NCBI GenBank assembly: GCA_963838925.1 | Contig: CAWISW010000002.1 | Location: 32,001-96,000, forward strand | Length of the DNA: 64,000 nucleotides | Reading direction: 5' to 3' | From: an uncultured Nitrososphaerota archaeon | GTDB taxonomy: Archaea > Thermoproteota > Nitrososphaeria > Nitrososphaerales > Gagatemarchaeaceae | Part shown: positions 9,084-19,442 of the stretch, in pieces | Position numbering within the stretch: the stretch's first letter is position 1 | Layout: the number at the start of each line of letters is the position of its first letter | Notes under the pieces: model-generated | Told to the model about the DNA's origin: nothing | Seen by the model: only the letters and a program-made list of their open reading frames with translations | The model's database searches: none | Program-made: the position numbers and the translations under genes

Positions 9084-10685
9084 CTACTCGGGAGGGATTT
9101 GCGACTGCGCGAGGCGGAGGTCCACTCCCCTGCTCTTGTGATAGCGATAAGACACAAAATAGATCGCGACCGGTATCAGCACGACCACCCCCACGACTAT
9201 CTGTGCGGACGCCTGGAAGGGCCCCACCGCGGGGTTTGCCACGCTGTTGTATCCCAGGTAGGCGAAGAGGGCGGCGGCGACGGCGCCCAGCACCGAGATC
9301 GTTGGGACTCCCCGCCTCCTCCCTCCCGTCGCGGACTCGTAGACGTCCCGCCTCGTGAAGGGCAGCAGGACCGCGCTCACCGCCGCGAGGAACCAGACCA
9401 CGCTGTAGAAGAAGACGGCGTTGACCTGGGCGGAGATGAACGACGTGAAGTACTGCAGGTACATGGGGATGAGCGCGAGCACCGCACCGAGAATGATCGC
9501 GTTGACAGGGGTGTGGAACCTGTCGCTCACCTTGGAGAGCCACTGGGGCATCACCCTGTCGAACGACCAGGCCAGGAAGAGCCTGCTGATGAAGACCAGG
9601 CTCAGCCACGACCACCCGATGTTCCCGATGAAGAGCCCTATCACTATCAGCCAAAGCAGCAGGCTGCTGGGGTTGAGCACGGTCGCGAACGCCGTCGGGA
9701 CCGTCGAGAGCGGCGCGCCTCCCCCTCCGTTCTGGATCGCCCACGCCTCGATGAAGGGCAGGCCTACGACCTTGTCGAGCACGTAGGTTAGCCCGAACCA
9801 GATCGCTATCGAGACGGCCTCCGCGAGGACCAGGCCGTAGAGCAGCGAAGTACGCGGCCTCCTGATCTCCCCGCCCACGAACTGCATCACGGGGTAGGGG
9901 CCGATGCTGACGAAGAGCAGGGGGACCACCGCCCCGATGCTCGCTAGGCTCGCGCCAGGGACGTACCCGCTCGCCGCGGCGTCCGAGTAGACCTTTGATA
10001 CGCCACCTTGGAAGTAGGCGTTGTACGCGTTGACGAAGTCAGCGTGGCTGCTGGTCAGGAAGATCACGAGGACCAGCAGCATGGTGAAGACGCCGTAGCC
10101 GAAGAAAGAGTAGACCACCAGCCTGAAGATCCTCCCCCCGGCGATGACCAGCACCGCCCCGATGGCGAGGATCGCTATTCCCACCGCCATGAGGACGGCC
10201 GGGGCGCTGGAGACTCCCGGGGTGATGAAGTTCCCGAGCGACGCGATGCCCTGGTCGCCGAGCACCTTCCCCGCGAACGAAAGCTGCGTCCCGGTCTCTG
10301 AGAACGCCCAGTACGACCCCGAGCCTGCGGAGACCAGGATCGCCACGAAGAAGAGGAAGCTAGCGACGAAGCCCAGGGGGCTCGACAGGACCCTCGAGAT
10401 GAACACGTAGTCCCCTCCCGAGCGCGGCATGACCGTCGTGAGCTGCCAATACAGGAGGACTATCACTATGGCAATGACAGCCCAGACCGCAAGGCTCGCG
10501 TAGTAGTTCACGTTCTGGTAGTAGTCCGGCGTGACCCAGAATATCCCCGCCCAGCTCGTCAGCCACGGGAAGAAGATGACGCTCCACGTGAACACGTCGA
10601 TTGCGCTGAACTGCCTTACAAGTCCGGTCGCCTGCCTCACGAAATAGCCGCCTTCCGAGGGTACGCCAGGCCGCTGCCGATTCAT
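9084..10685 (-). CDS. APC family amino acid permease
   Basis: FVRQATGLVR, MPRSGGDYVFISR, FDRVMP, C-terminal IPPE; about 12 TM helices. Confidence 0.9.
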   Translation of the reverse strand: MNRQRPGVPSEGGYFVRQATGLVRQFSAIDVFTWSVIFFPWLTSWAGIFWVTPDYYQNVNYYASLAVWAVIAIVIVLLYWQLTTVMPRSGGDYVFISRVLSSPLGFVASFLFFVAILVSAGSGSYWAFSETGTQLSFAGKVLGDQGIASLGNFITPGVSSAPAVLMAVGIAILAIGAVLVIAGGRIFRLVVYSFFGYGVFTMLLVLVIFLTSSHADFVNAYNAYFQGGVSKVYSDAAASGYVPGASLASIGAVVPLLFVSIGPYPVMQFVGGEIRRPRTSLLYGLVLAEAVSIAIWFGLTYVLDKVVGLPFIEAWAIQNGGGGAPLSTVPTAFATVLNPSSLLLWLIVIGLFIGNIGWSWLSLVFISRLFLAWSFDRVMPQWLSKVSDRFHTPVNAIILGAVLALIPMYLQYFTSFISAQVNAVFFYSVVWFLAAVSAVLLPFTRRDVYESATGGRRRGVPTISVLGAVAAALFAYLGYNSVANPAVGPFQASAQIVVGVVVLIPVAIYFVSYRYHKSRGVDLRLAQSQIPPE

Positions 10686-10830
10686 TCCCTCGTCTTCGCT
10701 CACAGTGAGGCTTGCCGGACTTTCTCCCGGGCGGCTGACTATTAGGTTGTTGCCCTCCTCGTCCGACGCTTGCCCGGACGGAAAGGTTTTACCGGGTGGG
10801 CGCGGAAGCCATCCCGGAACCGAGAGGCCC

Positions 10831-11178
10831 ATGAAGAACCCATTCTCCGGGGGAAGCGCAAAGAAGACGGGCCAGGTCTCGGGGCTCGAGTCGATCCCCG
10901 CAGGCGCCCAGATGATCCCCATGGACGTGAAGAAGCAGTACGAGGAGAAGCCGATCCACCTCTATCACCCCACCCCCTACAACGTCATCACCGTCCTGAG
11001 GAACAGGAAGCAGACCAACGAATGGCTGGTCTGCGGCTGGTACATCGACACCTTCAGGGAGCACGGGGTGGTCAAGGGGCTCGTGTACCGGGCGGTCTCC
11101 TCCGACGAAGACAAGGAGCACGTAATGACGGAGCTGAAGAAGCTGGACAAGGACGCCAGCGTGAAGTTCGCGCTGTGA
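10831..11178 (+). CDS. Hypothetical protein
   Basis: Strong host codon bias from ATG 10831. Confidence 0.7.
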   Translation: MKNPFSGGSAKKTGQVSGLESIPAGAQMIPMDVKKQYEEKPIHLYHPTPYNVITVLRNRKQTNEWLVCGWYIDTFREHGVVKGLVYRAVSSDEDKEHVMTELKKLDKDASVKFAL

Positions 11179-11265
11179 CACCCGGCCGGCATTGAGGCCG
11201 CAGACCCGCGCTTCCGCTCCAAAGGAATAAAAGGGGGCCTGAGCGCGCGCCGATTGGGAAGAGAA

Positions 11266-11601
11266 TTGGAGACCAAGACGCTCCCTCACCTAAAGTCAGC
11301 CGAGTTCGAGAAGGAAGTGCTGAAGGCGCAGACCCCCGCTGTGGTCGACTTCTACGCAGACTGGTGCGGCCCGTGCAGGATGGTCTCCCCCATAATCGAG
11401 CAGCTCTCCAAGGAGTACGAGGGGAAGGTCAAGTTCGTGAAGCTCAACACGGATGAGAACCCCGACATCGCCATGAAGTATGGGATAATGAGCATCCCGA
11501 CCATAATGGTCTTCAAGAACGGGCAGGTCGCGTCCACGGTAATCGGCGCGGGGCCGGCCTCGATGTACAAGCAGAAGATCGACTCTGTGCTGAAGAGCTA
11601 G
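11266..11601 (+). CDS. trxA: Thioredoxin
   Basis: DFYADWCGPC, SIPT. Confidence 0.96.
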   Translation: METKTLPHLKSAEFEKEVLKAQTPAVVDFYADWCGPCRMVSPIIEQLSKEYEGKVKFVKLNTDENPDIAMKYGIMSIPTIMVFKNGQVASTVIGAGPASMYKQKIDSVLKS

Positions 11602-11628
11602 TCGAGCGTTCCGGTTCGCGAAGGGTTC

Positions 11629-12999
11629 TCAGTTGCTCAGGGTGTAGACCCTGTCGCCCTCCGCCCTCGTCCCCTCTTTGCCTATGCTGTCGAGGACGAA
11701 CCTCTTGGAGGCGCCAGGCGGCCACTCGCTGGGGGCTATGCTTCCGGAGTGGATCTTCTCGTATTCTGCGATCGAGAGCTTCTTCCTCGAGTTCAACCTC
11801 GGCATCAGGTCGAACCTCTTCGAGGCCTCCTTGAACGCGTCTGGAACAAGATTGGCCTGGATGACCGCGTGGCTGCCGCTGCCGTAACCGCAGAGTATGA
11901 CCTTCTTCCTGCCGAGGTCCTCCTTGTCGTTCTCGAACATGCTGTCGAGCCCGACGAAGACCGAGACCGAGTACGAGTTGCCTACGAGCTCCGGGGCCAC
12001 GACGGAGCTACCCACGCGCGTGGCGAAGTCATCTACGAATGCCTTCGAGTTCATGAACTTCCTCCTAAAGTCCCCGTAGGCTTCGCTCATGTAGTACGCT
12101 AGGTCGTCCATCCCCTCCCTCGAAGGCTCCGGGCCGATAGCCCCGACCACCTCCTTCCATCGGGGCAGCGACCTCCACTCATGCATCAGGAGCGACGCGT
12201 ACGCGGAGATGACCATCTTCTTGTGCGGGTTGTGGTATATCGCCCGGTCGAAGTTGTCGATGGTCGCTCGGTCGCCCGTGGGCTTCAGCCCAGCGTTGGC
12301 GGCCGCGGACTGGAAGTTCAGCCATGCGAGCTTCATCTCGCTGAGGTAGGACGCGTACGACCTCGCGCCGTCCACTAGCGCGACCGTCCTCCCGCCGGGC
12401 TTCTTGAAGTCGCCCTTCTCGTTCCTCAGCGCCGCCCCGAACGCCCCCGGGATTATCTCCAGCAGCCTGGGGTCCTTTGCAATCAGGACGGCGGCTGCGG
12501 CGGCCCCCTGGGTGGGCTCCTCCCTGCTCTTGAGGTCGTACTTCGCGACGTCGGTCGCGACTATCAGCGCGTACTTCGAGGTGTTCCAGCCCGCCGCGAA
12601 CCAGGCGCTCGTGTCGAGGTAGCGCTCCATCCCGCTCACGCAGGCGAACTTCTGCTCGTAGCCCAGGACGTGTGACAGGCTCCCGTTCCCGTAGACCTGC
12701 TCGAGCATCCCCACGACGTCTGAGACCAGCGCCCTGGAGCTGTCCAGCCCGCTCTCGGTAGGCGTGTCAATCCTGAAGATCTCCTTGGGCGATATCTTGT
12801 AAGCTTCCATCAGGCGGTGGGCCGCGGTCGCCGCCATGCTCGACTGGTCCTCGTTAGGGGGCGGCACCGAGAAGGTCTTGACCCCGACGCCCTCGGTGAA
12901 GTGCTTGGGGGCGCTGCCCCTCGCAACCGCAAGCTCCGCGTTGTCGACGTAGTACTCCGGCGAGTAGACGTAGAGGCCGTCGATTCCCACCTTTGTCAT
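11629..12999 (-). CDS. mvaS: Hydroxymethylglutaryl-CoA synthase (long form)
   Basis: TES, KFAC catalytic Cys, EPTQGAAA, HNPH, GNSYS, GYGSG. Confidence 0.92.
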   Translation of the reverse strand: MTKVGIDGLYVYSPEYYVDNAELAVARGSAPKHFTEGVGVKTFSVPPPNEDQSSMAATAAHRLMEAYKISPKEIFRIDTPTESGLDSSRALVSDVVGMLEQVYGNGSLSHVLGYEQKFACVSGMERYLDTSAWFAAGWNTSKYALIVATDVAKYDLKSREEPTQGAAAAAVLIAKDPRLLEIIPGAFGAALRNEKGDFKKPGGRTVALVDGARSYASYLSEMKLAWLNFQSAAANAGLKPTGDRATIDNFDRAIYHNPHKKMVISAYASLLMHEWRSLPRWKEVVGAIGPEPSREGMDDLAYYMSEAYGDFRRKFMNSKAFVDDFATRVGSSVVAPELVGNSYSVSVFVGLDSMFENDKEDLGRKKVILCGYGSGSHAVIQANLVPDAFKEASKRFDLMPRLNSRKKLSIAEYEKIHSGSIAPSEWPPGASKRFVLDSIGKEGTRAEGDRVYTLSN

Positions 13000-13117
13000 G
13001 CGTTGGCCGCCGCGCGGTCCCGCCGAGTATTTATTGTGTGAGTTGCCTCATTCCACTTGGGCGATTGACGAAGGGGCCGGCAACGTTAATCTAGGCGCGA
13101 CGGCCTTTCTTGAACGC

Positions 13118-14053
13118 TTGAGGATCTACTCCTTCATCCCCAGCGCGACGGAGATGGTCTACGCGCTCGGGCTGGAGGACCAGCTGTACGGGGTGACCCA
13201 CGAGTGCGACTTCCCGCCCGAAGCTCGTACCAAGCCCGTCGCGATAAGTTCGCTCCTGGAGATGTCGGGACTGAGCCAGCGTGAGATAGACGACAGCGTC
13301 GTCGAGAGCATTTCCCACAGACACGGCCTCTACTCGATAGACAGGGGACTCCTCAGGGAGAACCCTCCTGACGTGGTCATCACCCAAGAGCTCTGCGACG
13401 TCTGCTCTGTCTCCCTCCGCGACGTCCTCTCGACCCTCTCGGAGCTGTCAGGGAGCTGCAAGGTCGTCTCCCTCAAGCCCAGGGGGCTGGGCGGGGTGAT
13501 GGAGGACATTCTGACCGTCGGGTTGGCCTGCGGCGCAGAGCCTGAGGCCAGGGCGCTCGTCGGGTCGCTTGAAGCCAGGGTCCAAAGGGTCAGAGACGCC
13601 GCTGCGAGCCTCGAGAGGAAGAGGGTCTTCTGCGCGGAGTGGTTCGACCCGGTCTTCGCCTCGGGGCACTGGGTACCTGAGATGGTCTCCATCTCGGGAG
13701 GGGAGGACCGCCTCGGAATCGCGGGGCAGGACTCGCGCAAGATCCCTTGGGACCTGGTCCCTGAGTACGACCCCGAGGTGCTAATCCTGATGCCCTGCGG
13801 ATTCGACACGGAACGCGCCGCCGGTGACGTCTCGATTCTGGCCAAGAACAAGGGCTGGGAGTCGATGGCGGCCGTGAAGAGCGGCGACGTCTTCGCGACC
13901 AACGGTTCCGCGTACTACTCAAGGCCCGGCCCTCGCCTGGTGGACGGCCTCGAGCTGATGGCGAAGATGATACACCCCGAGGCATTCGGGAGCGACTTGC
14001 CTCCCCAGCAGGCGAAGAGGGTGGGCCGGCGGCTTCTCAGGAGCCTCCAGTAA
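13118..14053 (+). CDS. BtuF-like cobalamin/iron-chelate binding protein, no signal peptide
   Basis: PSATE, VTHECDFP, TQELCDVC, GHWVPE, SRPGPRL. Confidence 0.85.
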   Translation: MRIYSFIPSATEMVYALGLEDQLYGVTHECDFPPEARTKPVAISSLLEMSGLSQREIDDSVVESISHRHGLYSIDRGLLRENPPDVVITQELCDVCSVSLRDVLSTLSELSGSCKVVSLKPRGLGGVMEDILTVGLACGAEPEARALVGSLEARVQRVRDAAASLERKRVFCAEWFDPVFASGHWVPEMVSISGGEDRLGIAGQDSRKIPWDLVPEYDPEVLILMPCGFDTERAAGDVSILAKNKGWESMAAVKSGDVFATNGSAYYSRPGPRLVDGLELMAKMIHPEAFGSDLPPQQAKRVGRRLLRSLQ

Positions 14054-14085
14054 CGCAAATAACGAGGCGCTCCCTCGACATCTCA

Positions 14086-14424
14086 ATGAAGCTACTCTTG
14101 AAGCACGACCTGCCGAGGAGGCTTAGAAGCGCCCAAGTCTACGTGGAGTTCCTCAACGCATCGCTCTTCCTCTCGGTCGACGGCTCAAAGGCGAGCGTCA
14201 TGGGGAGCATCGGAGGCCAGCACGGAAGGCCCATAGCCGTCTCAGACAGAGAGTACTCGAGCTACAGGGCCTCCCACGACGTCGTCGAGGTCGTTGACCA
14301 GGACGAGGAGCGCGTCGTCCTGAAGAACGCGGACGGCTACGAGGAAGAGTGGCTCCGCCCGAAGTGGGTCCTCACCGGGGTAAGGCGGGCAAGGCAGACG
14401 GACCACAAGCCTGCCAGCGACTAG
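14086..14424 (+). CDS. Hypothetical protein
   Basis: ORF with host codon usage. Confidence 0.6.
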   Translation: MKLLLKHDLPRRLRSAQVYVEFLNASLFLSVDGSKASVMGSIGGQHGRPIAVSDREYSSYRASHDVVEVVDQDEERVVLKNADGYEEEWLRPKWVLTGVRRARQTDHKPASD

Positions 14425-14449
14425 ATGGACGAAACGGGTTCCGACTGCG

Positions 14450-14764
14450 CTACTCTGCGTCTTCCTCTATCGGGGCCTGGTCGTCGCCGTCATCGGCCGA
14501 CTCCTCTATGACAATCTCTTCTTCGACGATCTTGTCGCCCTTTTCCGAAAGCATCTCGTCGGTGGAGTACCAGTGCTTCTTCCCGTCCAGCCCTCCCATC
14601 TCCACCTCGGCGAAGCCGGCCAGCGTCCTCCCCGTGAGGACGCCCAGGCGCTGCTTGCCCGAGGGCAGAGCTGACTTCTTGACCTCGACGCCGTCCTCAC
14701 CGAAGACAGCCTCCTTCGTCGGGTTGCAGTTGACCTTCACGCCTTTGGCGGGCCTGACCTCCAT
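14450..14764 (-). CDS. Hypothetical protein with acidic tail
   Basis: Strong codon bias, upstream TATA-like element. Confidence 0.7.
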   Translation of the reverse strand: MEVRPAKGVKVNCNPTKEAVFGEDGVEVKKSALPSGKQRLGVLTGRTLAGFAEVEMGGLDGKKHWYSTDEMLSEKGDKIVEEEIVIEESADDGDDQAPIEEDAE

Positions 14765-14818
14765 TGAGTCCGCCCGTGAATGTCTCAGCAGTTGTTTATC
14801 AACGATTCGTCGGCCGCG

Positions 14819-15151
14819 TTAGAATAGAGAGCCGATTTCGTCAAGGATCTTTCTGGTCTCGCTGAAGACCGACGCCGCGCTCAAGGGCTCTCTTCCCCTC
14901 GCCGCGAACGACGCCCCGACCATCACCGCGCCCGGCACCGCCGTGATGGGGTCGGGCGCCAGTATCAGGGCCACCCCGGCCTTTCGCAGCGTCTTCGAGA
15001 GGGAATTGGGGCGCGCCACCTGCCGAAGCCCCTCCCGCGTGCCACGGTCCGCTAGCGCCCCCGCCACCGCGCCCCGGTCGCCCATGATTCGAGCGACAGA
15101 ACTCGCGCTCGACCTGATGAGCTGCCCTTGGCGATGGCTTTCGCTAACCAC
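14819..15151 (-). CDS. Hypothetical protein
   Basis: ORF with GVALI-APDP hydrophobic hairpin. Confidence 0.55.
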   Translation of the reverse strand: MVSESHRQGQLIRSSASSVARIMGDRGAVAGALADRGTREGLRQVARPNSLSKTLRKAGVALILAPDPITAVPGAVMVGASFAARGREPLSAASVFSETRKILDEIGSLF

Positions 15152-15235
15152 GCAGGAATGTTCTCCCGACCTCGCTTAACCGGGAGCTGGTCAAAAGACG
15201 TTGGCCACGGACTCAAAAGTGGGGACGGTTCGCGC

Positions 15236-15640
15236 CTAGACGGGCGCTGCCACGGCCTGGGTCATCGACTTGCGCCTGCTCCTCGCCGCCATCATCCCCC
15301 CGAGCGCCAGAAGGACGAGTATGACGACCGCGAGTCCCTGATGGGCCATCTCTAGCATCGCGTCTGGATACGCGAGTACCCTGAAGCCCAGTGCGACCTG
15401 AGCGAAGGTCAGCGCGAACGCCAACGCGTAGACGAGCTTGGCGATCATCGAGCTAGGCATGAAGAAGATGCTCGAGACCAGGAACGCGACCAGAGCGATC
15501 CCGCCGATCCCTATCAGCATGTGGGGGAGGATGAGCGCGCTGCCGGTCGGATTGCCGGAGCCCGCGAGAGCGAACCCTATGATTATCTGGACGACTAGTC
15601 CGCCGGCCCCGATAGCGCCGGCGAGCGTTTGGTTGTTCAA
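15236..15640 (-). CDS. Four-TM membrane protein with two intramembrane His
   Basis: Hydrophobic helices; PHMLIG and AHQGLA. Confidence 0.75.
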   Translation of the reverse strand: MNNQTLAGAIGAGGLVVQIIIGFALAGSGNPTGSALILPHMLIGIGGIALVAFLVSSIFFMPSSMIAKLVYALAFALTFAQVALGFRVLAYPDAMLEMAHQGLAVVILVLLALGGMMAARSRRKSMTQAVAAPV

Positions 15641-15734
15641 GATTCGGTTCCTTCGGCAGACTCACCGGAGCCCGGATTTAATATGTTTCCATGAACCGAG
15701 CACTCCTTAACTACTCTGGCTCGAATCTGCAGCC

Positions 15735-16049
15735 ATGGCGAGGCTGTCAGACGCCCAGGTCGAGCGCGCCCTCAAGCCTCTGAAGGGGTGGAGGCGCGAC
15801 GGCGACTTCATCGCAAAGGACTTTCGCTTCAGGACGTTCCTCGGAGGGATCCGGTTCGTCGACAAGGTAGCAAGGATCGCAGAGTCGCAGGAGCACCACC
15901 CCGACATCCACGTCGTCTGGACAACCGTCACCCTGAAGATCCAGACCCACGACCAAGGCGGGATCACCGGCCTCGACGTCGCCTTGGCGGCGGAGATAGA
16001 GAAGCGCGCTTCCCCCGCCAAGAGGAAGCCCGCAGCCACGGACCGATAA
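15735..16049 (+). CDS. Pterin-4-alpha-carbinolamine dehydratase
   Basis: HHPDI, THDQGGIT-LD. Confidence 0.93.
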   Translation: MARLSDAQVERALKPLKGWRRDGDFIAKDFRFRTFLGGIRFVDKVARIAESQEHHPDIHVVWTTVTLKIQTHDQGGITGLDVALAAEIEKRASPAKRKPAATDR

Positions 16050-16065
16050 GCCCCGATAATTCTTA

Positions 16066-16086
16066 TATACAACTCGAAGTTGTATA
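16066..16086. promoter_or_regulatory. Palindromic operator overlapping thermosome TATA box
   Basis: TATACAAC-TCGAA-GTTGTATA perfect 8-bp inverted repeat; TTATATA at 16063-16069. Confidence 0.7.
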
Positions 16087-16109
16087 CCCGCATCGGTGCA
16101 TCAGAGTAA

Positions 16110-17780
16110 ATGTCAACACAAGCTATCCCTGCTGTCACATCTAACGGGCAGCCGGTCCTGATTCTAAAGGAAGGAAGCAACCAGTCCAGAGGCAAGGAGG
16201 CGCAGAGGAACAACATCCAGGCGGCCAAGCTGGTCGCCGAGATCGTGAAGAGCTCCATCGGCCCCAGAGGCATGGACAAGATGCTCGTCGACTCGCTCGG
16301 CGACGTCACCATCACCAACGACGGCGCCACCATGTTGAAGGAGATTGACGTGCAGCACCCAGCGGCCAAGATGCTCGTGGAGGTCTCGAAGGCGACCGAC
16401 AACGAGGTCGGCGACGGCACCACGTCTGCGGTCATACTCGCGGGCGCCCTCCTGGAGAAGGCTGAGACGCTCATCGACAAGGGAGTTCACCCGACGATAA
16501 TAGTCGAGGGGTACAACAAGGCGGCCGCGCAGGCGATCAAGATCCTCAACGACATAGCCGAGAAGGTCCCGGCCAACGGCAAGGAGTCACTGGTCAAGAT
16601 CGCCCGCACCAGCATGCAGACCAAGCTCGTCTCGAGGGAGTCTCAGGAGCTGGCGGAGCTCATAGTCGGCGCGGTGCTGCAGGTCGCCGAGAAGACCGAC
16701 GCCGGCACTTACAAGGTCGACCTCGACAACATCAAGGTCGAGAAGAAGCCCGGAGGCTCGCTCAGGGACACGACGCTAATCAAGGGCATCGTCCTCGACA
16801 AGGAGGTCGTCCACGCGGGTATGCCGAAGCGCGTGGAGAAGGCGAAGATCGCCCTCGTCAACGCGGCCTTCGAGATAGAGAAGACCGAGTTCGACGCGAA
16901 GCTCAACATAAGCGACCCGTCCATGATGAAGAAGTTCCTGGACGAGGAGACGCGCATGCTCAAGGAGATGTCAGACAAGGTCGTAGCGATCGGGGCAAAC
17001 GTCCTGGTCTGCCAGAAGGGAATGGACGACATCGCCCAGCACTACCTAGCAAAGGCGGGCGTCCTCGCCGTGAGGAGGGCGAAGGAGAGCGACCTGACGA
17101 AGCTCGCAAAGGCGACTGGCGCGAGGATCGCCAACAACTTCGACGACCTGTCCCCCAAGGACCTCGGCTTCGCCGAACTGGTGGAGGAGAGGAAGGTCGA
17201 GCAGGACAAGTGGGTCTTCGTCGAGGGCTGCAAGAACCCGAAGGCCGTGACGATTCTCATCAGGGGAGGGACCCAGAGGATAGTCGACGAGGCCGACAGG
17301 TCGATGCACGACGCGCTCATGGTCTCAAAGGACGTAGTTGAGAAGCCCGCGATAGTCGCGGGAGGCGGCGCACCCGAGATCGAGGTCGCGGCCCAGGTGA
17401 TGAAGTGGACCGACAAGCTCGAAGGGAGGGAGCAGCTCGCCGCGCAGAAGTTCGCAGAAGCGATCGAGACCATCCCGATCTGTCTCGCCACCAACGCAGG
17501 CCTCGACCCTATCGACACGATGACCGAGCTCAGGGCCAAGCACGCCGAGGGCGGCAAGTGGTTCGGCGTCGAGGCGAAGGAGGGCAAGGTCAAGGACATG
17601 CACAAGGAGAACGTCCTCGAGCCCCTCAGCGTCAAGGAGCAGATAGTGAAGTCGGCCACCGAGGCCGCGTGCATGATACTGCGCATCGACGACGTCATCG
17701 CGGCAGGCAAGTCGAAGGGTCCGTCTGGTCCGCCAGGCGGAGCCGGAGGCATGGGCGGCGGCGAAGGCGAGTTCGACTAG
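16110..17780 (+). CDS. ths: Thermosome (group II chaperonin) subunit
   Basis: GPRGMDKM, ITNDGAT, GDGTTS, RIDDVI, GGM tail. Confidence 0.98.
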   Translation: MSTQAIPAVTSNGQPVLILKEGSNQSRGKEAQRNNIQAAKLVAEIVKSSIGPRGMDKMLVDSLGDVTITNDGATMLKEIDVQHPAAKMLVEVSKATDNEVGDGTTSAVILAGALLEKAETLIDKGVHPTIIVEGYNKAAAQAIKILNDIAEKVPANGKESLVKIARTSMQTKLVSRESQELAELIVGAVLQVAEKTDAGTYKVDLDNIKVEKKPGGSLRDTTLIKGIVLDKEVVHAGMPKRVEKAKIALVNAAFEIEKTEFDAKLNISDPSMMKKFLDEETRMLKEMSDKVVAIGANVLVCQKGMDDIAQHYLAKAGVLAVRRAKESDLTKLAKATGARIANNFDDLSPKDLGFAELVEERKVEQDKWVFVEGCKNPKAVTILIRGGTQRIVDEADRSMHDALMVSKDVVEKPAIVAGGGAPEIEVAAQVMKWTDKLEGREQLAAQKFAEAIETIPICLATNAGLDPIDTMTELRAKHAEGGKWFGVEAKEGKVKDMHKENVLEPLSVKEQIVKSATEAACMILRIDDVIAAGKSKGPSGPPGGAGGMGGGEGEFD

Positions 17781-17853
17781 GCTAGCGAAGCGGCGCCAAG
17801 AACGATGGTGGGTCCCCGAGCGAGGGGCCTGCCTAGCATGTTTTTCTCATGGA

Positions 17854-18390
17854 CTACTTCGGGGCGAGCTTCCCCGCGTAGGTGAGCACGTCCAACTGTG
17901 ACCTTACCACGTCGTTGGGCTTCAGCTTGCTGACGTCGACGAACTTCAGCTCGTCCCAGGCGTCGCTCGTGGGCAGGCTCTCCCTCTCCGCTGTGAAGAT
18001 GAACCCGATGTCCCAGTGGTTCGGCAGGCCTGAGAACCGGGCCGTGCTCGTGTCCGCGAAGGTCAGCGGCCCCTGAAGCTTGAGGTTCTTTATCCCAAGC
18101 TGCTCTCGGAGTATCCTCCTAGCCGCCCCCTCGGGCGTCTCGAAAAGTATCAGGTGGGAGGACGGGAGCATCCAGCCGGAGGCGAAGCGCTCAAGGCGCT
18201 TCCCGTTGAGAGCGCCAATGTGGTCCCACTCCGCGTTCTTGTTTATCCTCCCCATGAGGACGTTGCTCGGCTCGTCCTTCTTCGAGATCACCAAGAACGC
18301 CGAGATACACATGCCTCCCTCGGGGACGCTGTTCATCCTCGGAGGGGTCGCGTCCTTGCTGAAAGCTGCGAAACGGCGGTCGGTCGTCAT
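17854..18390 (-). CDS. Nudix-fold protein
   Basis: Variant Nudix box WMLPSSH...ETPEGAARRILREQLG. Confidence 0.7.
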   Translation of the reverse strand: MTTDRRFAAFSKDATPPRMNSVPEGGMCISAFLVISKKDEPSNVLMGRINKNAEWDHIGALNGKRLERFASGWMLPSSHLILFETPEGAARRILREQLGIKNLKLQGPLTFADTSTARFSGLPNHWDIGFIFTAERESLPTSDAWDELKFVDVSKLKPNDVVRSQLDVLTYAGKLAPK

Positions 18391-18395
18391 GATTC

Positions 18396-19328
18396 TCAGT
18401 TCTTGGGCGCCTGCGGGCCTTCGCTGGCGCGCTTCAGGTACGCGAGGATCCCCAGGACGCTGGCGCGCATCGGGACGGTCACGTATCCCGGGAACCCCGA
18501 GGGCGGGATGCCCGTCTCAGACATGATCTTCCGCCTAAGCTCCTCCACTATCTGCTCGGCGGAAAGGTGCATGTCGTTCAGCTTCCTCACGTCGTTGACC
18601 CACTCCTCGGTCTTCTCCTTCGTCCTGTCCAGGACGAGGCCGACGTCCTTCCTTACCCCGTAGTGCGGGACGAGGAGCATCTTCGGGTCGGTCTGGCGCA
18701 GCTTCTCGATGCTGCTAGCAAGCTTCACCGGGTCGAGGCTCGGGGGAGGCGTCACGGGCAGCAGCGTCGGGAAGGAGGGGAACACCATGCCGACGGCGTC
18801 GGCCGAGAAGAGGAGGTGCTCCTCCTCGAAGAGGACCGAAATCTGATGCGGCGCGTGCCCGGGGGAGTAGAGTGTCGTCAGGGTGGCGCCCCCAAGGTCG
18901 ACGTGGGACTCCTCCCCGACGGCCGTTATCTTGTTCTTGTCTACCGGGAGTGGCCTTCCATACATCTGGATCAGCTTCTCGCCGAAGACGCTCGCGGCGC
19001 TCTCCACCAGCTTCGTCGGGTCGACCAGGTGGGGGACCGCCCTCTCGTGGGCGATGACCCTGGCGCGCGGCATGTACTTCAGAAGGTGGCCGGCTGCCCC
19101 CGCGTGGTCGAGGTGGACGTGGGTGGGAATCAGGTAGTCGACGCGGGAGGGCTCTATCCCGAGCTGGCGGAGCCCCTGCATGACATTCCCGTAGGAGGAC
19201 GCGTAGCCGCAGTCGATCACCGCAGTCCTCCTCGACCCCTTCACCACGTAGACCGCGACCGTGTTTGGGTTGCCCAGGCCCACGGTGTCGATCATGTAGG
19301 CCCTGGACGTGATCCTCGAGGACGCCAT
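18396..19328 (-). CDS. MBL-fold metallo-hydrolase
   Basis: THVHLDHAG, PGHAPH, ADAVG, PHYG. Confidence 0.92.
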   Translation of the reverse strand: MASSRITSRAYMIDTVGLGNPNTVAVYVVKGSRRTAVIDCGYASSYGNVMQGLRQLGIEPSRVDYLIPTHVHLDHAGAAGHLLKYMPRARVIAHERAVPHLVDPTKLVESAASVFGEKLIQMYGRPLPVDKNKITAVGEESHVDLGGATLTTLYSPGHAPHQISVLFEEEHLLFSADAVGMVFPSFPTLLPVTPPPSLDPVKLASSIEKLRQTDPKMLLVPHYGVRKDVGLVLDRTKEKTEEWVNDVRKLNDMHLSAEQIVEELRRKIMSETGIPPSGFPGYVTVPMRASVLGILAYLKRASEGPQAPKN

Positions 19329-19442
19329 CTTCCCTCAGGCCGCCTCTCAAGCATCCCTTTCTAAAGATGGGGCCTTCGCGTCCGTGCGCCCCTCCGCCCA
19401 ACAGTAATTAGACAGGCGCGGGTCCGACGGGGCGCAGGTCCA

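Noticed and set aside
15181-15232. tRNA-Leu-like words (GAGCTGGTCAAAAGACG, GGACTCAA, GGTTCG)
   Set aside because: No acceptor or anticodon stems. Better explained as minus-strand promoter/terminator T-tracts.
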